Positions 1-8,819 of a stretch of 27,593 nucleotides of DNA are shown here, piece after piece. Position numbers and translations under genes: made by a program. The stretch covers positions 1 to 27,593 of the forward strand of contig CAXHAT010000098.1 in the NCBI GenBank assembly GCA_964014485.1, read 5' to 3'. Position 1 is the first letter of the stretch. Every line of letters starts with the position of its first letter. The DNA is from an uncultured Deferribacteres bacterium (lineage in GTDB: Bacteria; Zhuqueibacterota; Zhuqueibacteria; Zhuqueibacterales; Geothermadaptataceae). The notes under the pieces are model-generated. The model ran no database searches and was not told where the DNA came from. It saw nothing but the letters and a program-made list of their open reading frames with translations.

Positions 1-55
1 CCCTCATCCACCTTAACTTCTCGTAAAAACTGTCTTGACATTGGGGTCCACTTCA
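1..55 (+). mobile_element. Right end (terminal inverted repeat) of a probable IS3-family insertion sequence, cut by the window edge
   Basis: 31-55 reads TGTCTTGACATTGGGGTCCACTTCA; its reverse complement TGAAGTGGACCCCAATGTCAAGACA has the TG..GGACCCC..GACA form typical of IS3-family termini. The transposase is not visible in the window. Confidence 0.7.
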
Positions 56-809
56 CTTCTCCATATGTATACGTATCAACATAAGCAGACATTACATCGC
101 TAAAACACGTATTTAGAAATTCTTGAAATGTTCCAAAATCGTCACTATAAGTTAGAATTCCAACAGAATCTACTTTGGAAAAATCAACTGAAAATAGTAT
201 TTGTTCATGAGATGAGTGATGATTCTTTTGATATTCGAGACTCGGTGTTGTTTTTGATAACCGGGTGATAAGATTACGGATGTCTCGAAATTGTTCTAAT
301 ATCTCTAAATGACGATTTTTGGGCGGATCGTTACTTTGTCGTAGCAGCTCTATATCAATGGCTGTTGAAATAGGAGTATCTATACCTGTAGGGTTGCTTG
401 CTGCAAATTTGATCTGTCTTGACAATTCAGTTCGACTTGAAACAACATTATCTGGATCGGTTAGGTCAACAAAAATAGTTCTACTATGTGCAACATCAAA
501 CGGTATTGTCTCGCCTTTTGAGATAATTTGGACTACAGGCTTTCTCAGTGTGTGTCGGATTGCCAGTTCATAAAATACATTCGGATTTTGACTTGTTAGA
601 TCAGCTATTACCATATCATCATTGATGATGTGTGTAATAACTTGAGAAGTGATCATCCCTGGATCAGATATTTGATCAGCACGAATACAATCGTACCCAT
701 GTTCAGAGCATGCTGGCTCCAAGATATGCCGCAACGTTAGGTCAGCGTACCTTCGAATTTTTGAGCCATCAGGACCAATGGGTGATATTACGAAGCAAGT
801 TTTTGACAT
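1..809 (-). CDS. Nucleoside 2-deoxyribosyltransferase-like (NDT/TIR-like fold) protein, 3' end interrupted by the IS (possible pseudogene)
   Basis: Hand translation from the ATG at 809: MSKTCFVISPIGPDGSKIRRYADLTLRHILEPACSEHGYDCIRADQISDPGMITSQVITHIINDDMVIADLTSQNPNVFYELAIRHTLRKPVV...IPFDV. The CFVI.P, RAD, ADLT..NPNV.YEL..RH and PFDV motifs are characteristic. The frame has no stop before the window edge, which explains its absence from the ORF track. Confidence 0.8.
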   Translation of the reverse strand, partial: MSKTCFVISPIGPDGSKIRRYADLTLRHILEPACSEHGYDCIRADQISDPGMITSQVITHIINDDMVIADLTSQNPNVFYELAIRHTLRKPVVQIISKGETIPFDVAHSRTIFVDLTDPDNVVSSRTELSRQIKFAASNPTGIDTPISTAIDIELLRQSNDPPKNRHLEILEQFRDIRNLITRLSKTTPSLEYQKNHHSSHEQILFSVDFSKVDSVGILTYSDDFGTFQEFLNTCFSDVMSAYVDTYTYGEVKWTPMSRQFLREVKVDE

Positions 810-902
810 CTGAGTATTACACAAAATGGTTTATTCAATGGAGGACTATTATGACCACAAACTAAGGGCTTCCGTATCAAAGTAGTCGTATAGTTACTAA
901 AC

Positions 903-931
903 TAGCCGCTTATAGTTAATTTAGGCGGCTA
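903..931 (-). terminator. Stem-loop just downstream of the TolB-like gene
   Basis: TAGCCGCTTA...TAGGCGGCTA imperfect inverted repeat abutting the stop codon at 932; the U-tract is weak. Confidence 0.35.
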
Positions 932-1879
932 TCATTTTATAATATAAATATCCGGTTTTCCATCCCGATCTGACACGAACGCCAATTTTTTGCCTACAGG
1001 AGACCATGAGCCGCTCGTGTCCCGTGCAGGATGATTCGTCACATTCTTGAGCTCAGAGCCGTCACTTTTCATCACAAAAACTTCCAAATCGCCCGTGACG
1101 TCCGTTTCAAACGCAATGTGTTTTCCATCCGGAGACCAAAAAGGATAATGGCTTCTGGCTCTCATAAAAGTGAGCCTTGTCTGATTTGAGCCGTCGGCGT
1201 TCATGAGGTAAATCTCGGCTGGTCGTTTTTCTTCGTCTTTAATATGCAGATAATCCCGTTCAGAATAGAAAACGATCCTTGAGCCGTTCGGCGACCATTG
1301 CGGCGCCGCCTCGTAGGCTTTTGTATTCGTTAAGCGCTTTAACCCGTCAGCTCCAGAATTCAACGCGAATATTTGATGCGTCCCAGAATTCTCACTCCAG
1401 GCATCAAAGGCAATTTGTGCTCCATTTGGCGACAGAACTGGTCTGAATTCCGACAAATCATATTCGGTCACTCGTCTTTGGTCGCTTCCATCGATTTTCA
1501 TTCTATAAAGCTTCCAGCTTCGTGCCTGATTCACCTTAGAATCTCGATCAGAAAAAAAGAGAATCTCATTTCCGTCAGGACTCCATGACGGGCTGGCGTC
1601 GTTGCCGTTATCGTTGGTGAGTCGGGTTTGATCGGCTCCGTCGGCTTTCATCACATAAACTTCTAGGTTGCCGCTTCTTGTTGATTCAAACACTATCCGC
1701 TTGCCGTCCGGCGACCACATTGGTTCATAGTTTTTCCCGTCACTGGTAAGCTTTAATACCGAATTCGGCGTCGCCGCGTTGACTGCGCCGGTTTCTTCTT
1801 GAGCCAAACAGTCACAGATTGAAGCTGTCAGCGATAGAACAGACAAGATTGCAGGCGTAGTTATTAAGTTTTTATTCAT
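932..1879 (-). CDS. Secreted TolB-like beta-propeller (PD40/WD40-like repeat) protein
   Basis: Signal-peptide-like N-terminus; six P.WSPDG..I.F.S.R-type repeats with IY.M..DGS...RLT linkers; no TolB N-terminal domain. Confidence 0.9.
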   Translation of the reverse strand: MNKNLITTPAILSVLSLTASICDCLAQEETGAVNAATPNSVLKLTSDGKNYEPMWSPDGKRIVFESTRSGNLEVYVMKADGADQTRLTNDNGNDASPSWSPDGNEILFFSDRDSKVNQARSWKLYRMKIDGSDQRRVTEYDLSEFRPVLSPNGAQIAFDAWSENSGTHQIFALNSGADGLKRLTNTKAYEAAPQWSPNGSRIVFYSERDYLHIKDEEKRPAEIYLMNADGSNQTRLTFMRARSHYPFWSPDGKHIAFETDVTGDLEVFVMKSDGSELKNVTNHPARDTSGSWSPVGKKLAFVSDRDGKPDIYIIK

Positions 1880-1911
1880 TACAATTTGTAATTGTGGGCT
1901 GATGCTAAAAA

Positions 1912-2316
1912 CTATGCAAGGTGAGTGTTTAAAAAGTCGCGCGGGGAAAGTATCTTTATCTCTTGAAGATCGGTTATTTCCAACAGGTGCTTATCCCCGC
2001 TCACAACAACGCCGCTTCCGCTCGCTAAAGCGCATGCAATGAATTTGTCATCGTCCGGGTCAGCGCTTATTCTAACTTGGAAGTTTGCTGTATCTGTTAT
2101 CTCAGCATTCAAAGCCAGCAAGTTGAGAATTTCCTGAACATTAACAACCTTGTATTTTTTAGAAAGTATGCGCGCGACTCTTTGATATTCTGACAAGATT
2201 TCCGCTGATAACGCGATTTGCAAATCGCCGTTTCGCCAAGCGTCAAGAATTTGAGCGGGAGGCCCCGAAAAGAAAATGCCTGAGATGACAACATTAGTAT
2301 CCAGAACAACCTTCAT
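1912..2316 (-). CDS. PIN-domain toxin (VapC-like, TIGR00305-type)
   Basis: MKVVLDTNVVISG...EY...DPDDDKFIACA...VVSGDKHLL; 4-nt overlap with the upstream antitoxin. Confidence 0.92.
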   Translation of the reverse strand: MKVVLDTNVVISGIFFSGPPAQILDAWRNGDLQIALSAEILSEYQRVARILSKKYKVVNVQEILNLLALNAEITDTANFQVRISADPDDDKFIACALASGSGVVVSGDKHLLEITDLQEIKILSPRDFLNTHLA

Positions 2317-2576
2317 ACTTCTTTACGCGCTTCTTTAACAGCTTCGGCGACGTCAGATTGTTTGAGCCCCGATTTTTGCGCTGACTTTCTAGCTTTATTT
2401 CTTAAATGCTCAAATTTGTTCAAGGACGGTGCTGAAACGGTTTTCAAAATAACAGCGTCGCCGTCGTCTAGAACGACGAACTGCGCCCCGGCCGCTAGAT
2501 TCAGCTTCTTTCGCACTTCTTCCGGGATCATCACTTGCCCGGAAGCAGACAACTCTGTCACTGCTAAATTCGACAT
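2313..2576 (-). CDS. AbrB/MazE/SpoVT-family antitoxin
   Basis: SASGQVMIPEEVRKKLNL..G..F.V...GD.VILK motif. Start moved to the ATG at 2576 (MSNL), which has a GGAGA SD upstream, rather than 2681. Confidence 0.88.
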   Translation of the reverse strand: MSNLAVTELSASGQVMIPEEVRKKLNLAAGAQFVVLDDGDAVILKTVSAPSLNKFEHLRNKARKSAQKSGLKQSDVAEAVKEARKEV

Positions 2577-2677
2577 TTTGATCTCCAATAATGATCCTTG
2601 ATTGCGATTGTTTAAACGTACGATAGTCGAACTTAAAATACAATATCCGCGCTTTTCAAAGCGTCGTCCGAAAATCA

Positions 2678-4591
2678 TCATTGCTTCTTCGTCGTATCGG
2701 GCTCGCTCTTTTTCTTCTTTCCGAGCAGTCCGCCGAGGCGTTTTTTTGCTTCGTCTTTAGCTTTTTGCTTGCCTTTGTCCGCTACTTTTTTCTTCTCGGC
2801 TTCAACGCGCGCTTCCAGATCGCCGCGGAATTTTTCCAATTTCGCTCGTTCCGCGTCGATTCTGGCGGTTAAGCTCTCAATGCGCTGCACGGCGTTCTGG
2901 CGGAATTGCTCAACTTGATCGCGCGCCTGTTTTTCGTATTTCCCAACTTCCGCTCGTACAAAACCGTCCACACGTTGACGTGATTTCTGCAATTCATCTC
3001 CCAGCAGGCTTTTAATTCGTGAAGCCAAAGCGTTGTCGACGTTTGATTGTACGCGAAGCTTCCCTTCTTCCAAACCGCCCAGCAAAGCCTTCAAATTTAT
3101 CTCGCCCAAATCCGCGAGCGTTTCACGCACGGCTTGAGCAAGCAAACCGGACTTTTGGTTGGCAAAATCAAATGCAACGTCTCTGGCGTCAAAACCAAGA
3201 TCCAGCCCGACTTTTTTGCCAATGAAATTTGTGTTGATGACAACGTCACCCCGGTCGGCGAGCAGCGCGGAAGGCAAAATGCCGCCTCCACCCAACTTGA
3301 GCCTGCCGACATGAAAATTCGTCACGGCGATTCGCAGCGAATCCTTCGCCGATTTTTCGGTGTGATCAAATGCGCCGGTGAGCCGAAAACTGCTTTTCGC
3401 CGGATGGTTCGCGTCGAGTTCAAAACGCGTCGGCTCGCCAAAAATAAAAGGTTCGTTTGTCAAACCGGTCATTTCGCCGGACAGCGCGTATGCTTTAGAA
3501 GTATCGGAAGCGTGCGTCGCCGCCGTCAATTCGGCCTGGCGAATCAGAAAGCGCGGGTAGCGGTATTTGAATGGAAACGAAATATCGATTCCTTCAAAAC
3601 GCGGCGGCGTTTCCGGCTCGTCATCATCCCCGAGAAAAGCTTCGGCGGCGGGCAGGTATTTTCGCGCCAATGAAATGTAGTACAAGATTTCATCCACCTG
3701 TGCTACCAGCGGCTCGCCGAACAACAGCAATCCAACGTCTCGCGTGTCCAATTCTTTTAATTTGGCGACACGCTTTGCTTTTTCTACATCGTTTTCCAGC
3801 GCGCCTCGCAAGCTCTTGAACTGGCTGTCAACGGAAGCAATATTCGTTCGGACAAAAGACCGCTTTTGGTCGAGATCGACTTTCAATGCACGAATATTGT
3901 CGCGGGCGGCGTCAGCTTGTTTGAGCGTTTTTGCCGCACTCGCTGCATCGGTGACTTTGGTTGCCAAAAGCTTTTGAACGTCCGTTTCAATGGCCGTCAA
4001 TTGCTTGGCGTAATCGTTCGTCTTGAGCGTATTTTCCCAAAAATTCTGCGAGCTGTCAACCGTTGCGCTCAATCGCGAATATCCTTGAACCGTCGAAAGT
4101 TGCTGCACGTTAATCAGCGAATCCAGTTTCAGCTCACGCGCCAAACCTTGCACATCCAAAGCGGGGAGTTCCTTGATTTGCTGTTTTACTGACGCAGAGA
4201 TTTCGCTGAAACGACTCTCTTCGGCTTCAGGATCGAAGGGCAGGCTGCCATCGGTTTCTCGCGCCGTGCCGCTGCGTACGTCTTCAAGCGACAAATCACT
4301 GATGATAAACCGTCCCCAAAAAAGCGGACGTGATTCAACGGAAAATTTTGCCTTTCCTGACTCGAGAATATTCTTCCAGGGATCGTTTGGATTAGCGATC
4401 TGAATCCGATTCCAAGAACCTTGCAAATTCCAGAAGCTGAGATGAAAATCATCGATTTCCACCTTCGCACCGACAATCGCCTCGCCCCCGCTTTCAAAGG
4501 CGCGTTCGAGATAACGATCCTGCAAAAAGTAGAATGCAATCGCCCCCAGAACGCCGAAAACGGCCAGGACTATGAGTGCGCTTTTTCTCAT
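2678..4591 (-). CDS. TIGR03545-family-like membrane-anchored protein (AsmA-like N-terminus, coiled coils)
   Basis: N-terminal TM, GAKVEI...QIANP.DPWKN...F.V...PL, PPRFEG.DI.FP motif, Lys-rich tail; coupled to a TIGR03546-like gene. Confidence 0.8.
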   Translation of the reverse strand: MRKSALIVLAVFGVLGAIAFYFLQDRYLERAFESGGEAIVGAKVEIDDFHLSFWNLQGSWNRIQIANPNDPWKNILESGKAKFSVESRPLFWGRFIISDLSLEDVRSGTARETDGSLPFDPEAEESRFSEISASVKQQIKELPALDVQGLARELKLDSLINVQQLSTVQGYSRLSATVDSSQNFWENTLKTNDYAKQLTAIETDVQKLLATKVTDAASAAKTLKQADAARDNIRALKVDLDQKRSFVRTNIASVDSQFKSLRGALENDVEKAKRVAKLKELDTRDVGLLLFGEPLVAQVDEILYYISLARKYLPAAEAFLGDDDEPETPPRFEGIDISFPFKYRYPRFLIRQAELTAATHASDTSKAYALSGEMTGLTNEPFIFGEPTRFELDANHPAKSSFRLTGAFDHTEKSAKDSLRIAVTNFHVGRLKLGGGGILPSALLADRGDVVINTNFIGKKVGLDLGFDARDVAFDFANQKSGLLAQAVRETLADLGEINLKALLGGLEEGKLRVQSNVDNALASRIKSLLGDELQKSRQRVDGFVRAEVGKYEKQARDQVEQFRQNAVQRIESLTARIDAERAKLEKFRGDLEARVEAEKKKVADKGKQKAKDEAKKRLGGLLGKKKKSEPDTTKKQ

Positions 4592-5115
4592 ACGGCGCCT
4601 CCCGCGCGCATCACGCGCTCAATCCATAAATAAACCGTCGATCCCTGAATTGCCCGAACGACTTTGAGCCGTCGAATTCGCTCCAGCAATCGTTCGCGAT
4701 AAACGATGACGAATTTTTTAAAGCCAAGATAAACCGGGGAAAAACTCAACAGCGCAAAGATCATCGCGCCCATGGAAACGGTGTTGTAAAAGCGGGTTAA
4801 CGGGGCAACGGGCATGTTATTCAAGGTCGTCCAAAATCCTTCCATCGATGGCAAGGTCAGCGCCCAAAGTCCGAGTTGATGCAAAAGCGGATCGAAGAGA
4901 AATGCGATTAATCCAGCGAGCATAAACGCAAAAACACCGGCGGCAAAATTGACGTTCAGGAGCAAGAGTAGAAATGCAAAAATAAAAGTTTGCAGGCTCA
5001 AAAACGGCATAAGGCCGATGAGATAGCCGAGCGTGAATCCGGCGGCGACCTGGCGAGGCGTGCTGCCGGACGCTAAGCCGCGAAAAAAGCTTCCGAGAAG
5101 ATCAATCCAAAACAT
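4588..5115 (-). CDS. TIGR03546-family (DUF2062-like) membrane protein
   Basis: TPRQVAAGFTLG..IGLMP, DPLLHQLG..AL and P..PLTRFYNTVSMG motifs; hydrophobic. Confidence 0.85.
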   Translation of the reverse strand: MFWIDLLGSFFRGLASGSTPRQVAAGFTLGYLIGLMPFLSLQTFIFAFLLLLLNVNFAAGVFAFMLAGLIAFLFDPLLHQLGLWALTLPSMEGFWTTLNNMPVAPLTRFYNTVSMGAMIFALLSFSPVYLGFKKFVIVYRERLLERIRRLKVVRAIQGSTVYLWIERVMRAGGAV

Positions 5116-5199
5116 GATTTATCATCCCTGACGTTTGAGTTTTTGATTGACAGATACACCAACATGAAAAAGTATTAAAGCCACAAATCCAAAGAAAAG

Positions 5200-6243
5200 T
5201 TAATTTGATTTCTCAATGGCTTCCAGCAATCCTGTGAGATACATGGCGCCGAGCGCACGATCATGCAGCCCATAGCCCGGCCTGCCGGTTTCGCCCCAAA
5301 TCATGCGTCCGTGATCAGGGCGGATCGGGCCGTCAAATCCGATTTCGTGCAACGCCCGCATCACTTCGTACATATCGACAGAGCCGTGTTTTGACGGATG
5401 TTCGCTTTCTTCAAAATCTCCTTCGCCTGTGACCTTTACATTCCTCGCGTGGACAAAGTGTATGCGCCCCTCCCCTCCTATCTCACGCACAATCTGCGGA
5501 AGATCATTGACTGGCTCGGCGCCGAGAGAACCCGTGCAAAAGGTCACGCCATTCGCCGGATAATCGACGATTCTAATCAAACGTTTGAGCGCTTCGCCGG
5601 AGGTGATTATGCGCGGTAAGCCGAAAATTGACCACGGCGGATCGTCCGGATGGATCGCCATTTTTACATTGGAAGCGGCAGCAACCGGAACCGTTTTTTC
5701 TAGAAAATACGCTAAGTTTTCCCAAAGCTTTTCGGGCTCGATTTTTTGGTAGGCGCTCAGCAGCGCGTTTAATTCTTTGGCGGAATAGGCCGCTCCCCAG
5801 CCCGGCAAATCGCCGGTTCCGGCAGAAAGATCGAATGCGTCGAGCTTGTTTTGAGAAAAAGTCAGCGTCGTCGAACCGTCCGGCAGCATGGCGGCGAGAT
5901 CGGTTCGCATCCAGTCGAAGACGGGCATGAAATTGTAGCACAAAACGGAAATATCGTTTGCGCCAAGGTTTTCGATACTGCGGCAATAGTTTTCAATCAA
6001 ACGATCGCGAGAAGGTCGCCCGAGTTTAATGTCCTCGTGGACAAAAATGCTTTCTATGACGCTCAATCGCAGTCCGGTTCGCTCGATCTGATCTTTCAAA
6101 AAGGCGATCTTTTCGTACGGCCAAATTTCCCCAACCGGCACGTCAAACAATGCGCCGACGACGCCGGTGACGCCCGGAATTTGCCGGATATGTTCCAGCT
6201 TGACAGCATCGTCTGAACCATACCAGCGGAATGTCATTTCCAT
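5200..6243 (-). CDS. uxuA: Mannonate dehydratase
   Basis: MEMTFRWYG, CYNFMPVFDWMRT, AIHPDDPPW, GVTFCTGSLG, RPDHGRMIWGE and GYGLHDRALG motifs. Confidence 0.97.
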   Translation of the reverse strand: MEMTFRWYGSDDAVKLEHIRQIPGVTGVVGALFDVPVGEIWPYEKIAFLKDQIERTGLRLSVIESIFVHEDIKLGRPSRDRLIENYCRSIENLGANDISVLCYNFMPVFDWMRTDLAAMLPDGSTTLTFSQNKLDAFDLSAGTGDLPGWGAAYSAKELNALLSAYQKIEPEKLWENLAYFLEKTVPVAAASNVKMAIHPDDPPWSIFGLPRIITSGEALKRLIRIVDYPANGVTFCTGSLGAEPVNDLPQIVREIGGEGRIHFVHARNVKVTGEGDFEESEHPSKHGSVDMYEVMRALHEIGFDGPIRPDHGRMIWGETGRPGYGLHDRALGAMYLTGLLEAIEKSN

Positions 6244-6360
6244 GGTTGTTCTTTTGTCACTAGCTTTTTGCTATGATTACGCTCAGACAAACTAAAGTTC
6301 AAGCTTCAGCTCAATGTCGCTAACTTTTCATGATTCTGAGTTCATAATGACGGCCACAGC

Positions 6361-6461
6361 AAAGACACGCTAAAACGCGGACTACAAACGACAGAGTCTT
6401 TCTTTACGCTCAAAGGAAAAGAACGCATTGTCGTTTGTAGTCCATGCTTTAGCATGTTTTT
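6361..6461. repeat. REP doublet (REPIN-like) inverted repeat
   Basis: AAAGACACGCTAAAACGCGGACTACAAACGACA (6361-6393) is the imperfect reverse complement of TGTCGTTTGTAGTCCATGCTTTAGCATGTTTTT (6429-6461); each arm has GTAG followed by a small hairpin. Confidence 0.7.
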
Positions 6462-6576
6462 TCAAAACCGCTGTTTTGGACCCGAAAGGTAAAAAGTTGG
6501 TGACATTGCGTTTCAGCTTGCTTGCGTTTTTTATCCGGCTCGGAATGAACGAGAATTGTAACAACCGCCAGAAGAA

Positions 6577-6610
6577 TTGCGAGTAACTCGCAAGGCTAGC
6601 CTTGCACTCC
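6577..6610. repeat. Two overlapping palindromes (REP-like or terminator)
   Basis: TTGCGAGT-A-ACTCGCAA (6577-6593) overlaps the perfect 16-bp palindrome GCAAGGCTAGCCTTGC (6590-6605); GGAGT precedes it on the minus strand. Confidence 0.55.
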
Positions 6611-6621
6611 TTTGGCCAAGT

Positions 6622-6960
6622 TTACGATCCTTCGTTGAGTTCTTTGACTTTGTCGATCAACTTGATCATGTCTGAACGTTTGGCGTTGGAAACTTCCACC
6701 GTCGTACCGCCGTGCTGAATTTTTATCGTGCTGCCGGCGAAGTGGTTCTTGACAATTTCCAGCAGCGTATCGACGATCTTGTTGGTCGATTCCAGAAGCT
6801 CGGCGCCGAATTTGAACATTTTGCCGAGGTCTTCGAGCACCCCGCGCGTTGGTCCCATTTTAAACAAATGCATTTCGTTGCTTTGTGCAAAAGCGGCTTC
6901 AATTTTTTCGTCGTCCAATCCTTCGCCTTCAAAAACGAGCATAACTTTCGGTGTGCTCAT
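6622..6960 (-). CDS. Small hypothetical protein (112 aa)
   Basis: AAGGAG SD upstream of the ATG and protein-like composition; no family recognised with confidence. Confidence 0.75.
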   Translation of the reverse strand: MSTPKVMLVFEGEGLDDEKIEAAFAQSNEMHLFKMGPTRGVLEDLGKMFKFGAELLESTNKIVDTLLEIVKNHFAGSTIKIQHGGTTVEVSNAKRSDMIKLIDKVKELNEGS

Positions 6961-7029
6961 GGTTCTCCTTTTTGCCGTTTAAAGATTTGAAATGATTCTG
7001 TGTCGATTCCTACGGGTCGTCTTTTGCTA

Positions 7030-7301
7030 TTTTTGACAGGATTTACTGGATCAACCGGATTGCGTGACAACATAATTGTAAATCCAGGTTGTGACTGAAA
7101 ACCGAAAAGTGGGATGCAAGGTTTGCCTTGCCGTATCGTCGAAGACTTTTTCAATCTCGCCCAAAATTTACAGACGTTTTTCAGCCGGTCGACTGAAAGG
7201 CAAAGCAAGCTTTGCACTCCTTATCCGTTTTATGACTTTAGGCACAGATTGAGTCAATTTTCTGAGATAAATCCTGTCGATCTTGTTCATCCCGTCAAAA
7301 A
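7030..7301. repeat. Inverted pair of degenerate 9-mer (AATCCTGTC-type) repeat arrays flanking about 210 bp; MITE-like remnant
   Basis: TTTTTGACAGGATTTACTGGATCAACCGGATT (7030-7061) versus AATCCTGTCGATCTTGTTCATCCCGTCAAAAA (7270-7301). Confidence 0.6.
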
Positions 7302-7328
7302 AAACGACCACAGCCACAGCCTTCGAAA

Positions 7329-8819
7329 TCAAGCTAGAATGTCGTGAATGACTTTGCCGTGTACGTCCGTCAGGCGGAATTCACGTCCTTGAAATTGGTA
7401 GGTCAATTTTTCGTGATCCAGGCCAAGCTGATGCAAAATCGTTGCCTGAAGGTCGTGTACATGAACGCGGTCTTTGGTCCCGGAATAGCCGATCTCGTCG
7501 GTTTCACCGTAAGAAAACCCGCGCTTTAAACCGCCGCCGGTCGCCCACATAGTGAAGGCGTCGCCGTGATGGTCGCGTCCGGCGTAAGGATTGTCGTTTC
7601 CGCCGCGATTTTCCAGCATCGGCGTGCGACCAAATTCGCCGCCCCAGACTACCAAAGTTTCGTCCAGCATACCGCGCTGTTTTAGATCGAGAACCAGTGC
7701 TGTCATCGCTTGATCCACCTCTTTGCAGCGCTCGACAAAACCAATATTAAGCGCTTCAAATTTGTTGCTGCCGTGTGAATCCCAACCGCGATGAAAAAGC
7801 TGGATAAAGCGCACGCCGCGCTCCGCAAGTCGGCGCGCTAAAAGACAGTTGTTTGCAAAAGAAGTTTGCCCCTGCTCCGTTCCGTAAAGTTGATGAATAT
7901 GTTCCGGCTCTTGCGAAATATCCATTGCTTCAGGCACGGACATTTGCATGCGAAAAGCCAGTTCATACTGCGAAATGCGCGAAAGCGTTTCTGGGTCGCC
8001 CATCTCTTCGTAATGCTTGCGGTTGATTTCGGAAATCGCTTCGACGGCCCATTTCCGCACGTTGCGGGGCACGCCTTTTGGGTTGGAGATATAAAGCACC
8101 GGGTCGCCGTGAGAACGGCATTGCACGCCTTGAAAAACGGACGGAAGAAAGCCGCTTCCCCAAACGCTTTTGCCTGCACTCGGCGCTGATTGCCCAGAAA
8201 CCAGAACGACAAAACCCGGCAAATTTTGGTTTTCCGACCCGAGGCCGTAAGTCACCCACGAACCCATCGAGGGCCGTCCCATTCGCGCGTGGCCCGTGTG
8301 CATAAAAAGCTGTGCCGGGGCATGGTTGAACTCGTCGGTGTGCATTGCGCGCAAAAATGTCACGTCATCAACAACGCCGGAAAATTTGGGCAGCAGATTG
8401 GAAACATACGCCTGACTCTCGCCAAATTTTTTGAACGTGGTTTGGTGGCCAAGCATTTTCGGCACGCCTTTGATAAAAGCGAAACGTTTGCCTTCGAGCA
8501 AGGAATCCGGGCAAAGCTCACCATTCAATTTTTGCAAATCGGGCTTGTATTCAAACAACTCCAATTGGGACGGCGCTCCGGCCATGTGCAAAAAAATGAC
8601 TGATTTCGCTTTTGGCGCAAAATACGGCGGACGCATCTTGAAGGGTTGCGTCATGTCAAGCATTGCAGCTTCAGCGCTCGTTTCGTTTTGAAACGGCGTA
8701 CAGCCCGTCAAGTTTGCAAGCGCCATCGCGCCGAGGCCGGTAGAACATTTCCTTAAAAAATGCCGTCGCGTCAGCGCGCGTTCATTAAGCAGAGTAAGTT
8801 CGCCGAGAAGTTTCATCAC
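7329..8819 (-). CDS. DUF1501 family protein (sulfatase-like fold, Tat-like signal)
   Basis: TRRHFL, AKSVIFLHMAGAPSQLELF, PSMGSWVTYGLGSEN.NLPGFVVL, CLLARRLAERGVRFIQL, GEFGRTP, GRDHH and RLTDVHG motifs. Confidence 0.93.
   Translation of the reverse strand: MMKLLGELTLLNERALTRRHFLRKCSTGLGAMALANLTGCTPFQNETSAEAAMLDMTQPFKMRPPYFAPKAKSVIFLHMAGAPSQLELFEYKPDLQKLNGELCPDSLLEGKRFAFIKGVPKMLGHQTTFKKFGESQAYVSNLLPKFSGVVDDVTFLRAMHTDEFNHAPAQLFMHTGHARMGRPSMGSWVTYGLGSENQNLPGFVVLVSGQSAPSAGKSVWGSGFLPSVFQGVQCRSHGDPVLYISNPKGVPRNVRKWAVEAISEINRKHYEEMGDPETLSRISQYELAFRMQMSVPEAMDISQEPEHIHQLYGTEQGQTSFANNCLLARRLAERGVRFIQLFHRGWDSHGSNKFEALNIGFVERCKEVDQAMTALVLDLKQRGMLDETLVVWGGEFGRTPMLENRGGNDNPYAGRDHHGDAFTMWATGGGLKRGFSYGETDEIGYSGTKDRVHVHDLQATILHQLGLDHEKLTYQFQGREFRLTDVHGKVIHDILA

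Noticed and set aside
414..424. CTGTCTTGACA, identical to part of the IS end at 30-40
   Set aside because: Same orientation, only 11 bp and inside an intact coding frame; probably chance.
319..573. 84-aa plus-strand ORF
   Set aside because: Antisense shadow of the NDT-like gene on the minus strand.
6957..7347. 86-aa and 77-aa ORFs containing NPVDPVNPV / NPVDLVHPV
   Set aside because: Translations of the 9-mer repeat arms, with no SD or protein-like features.
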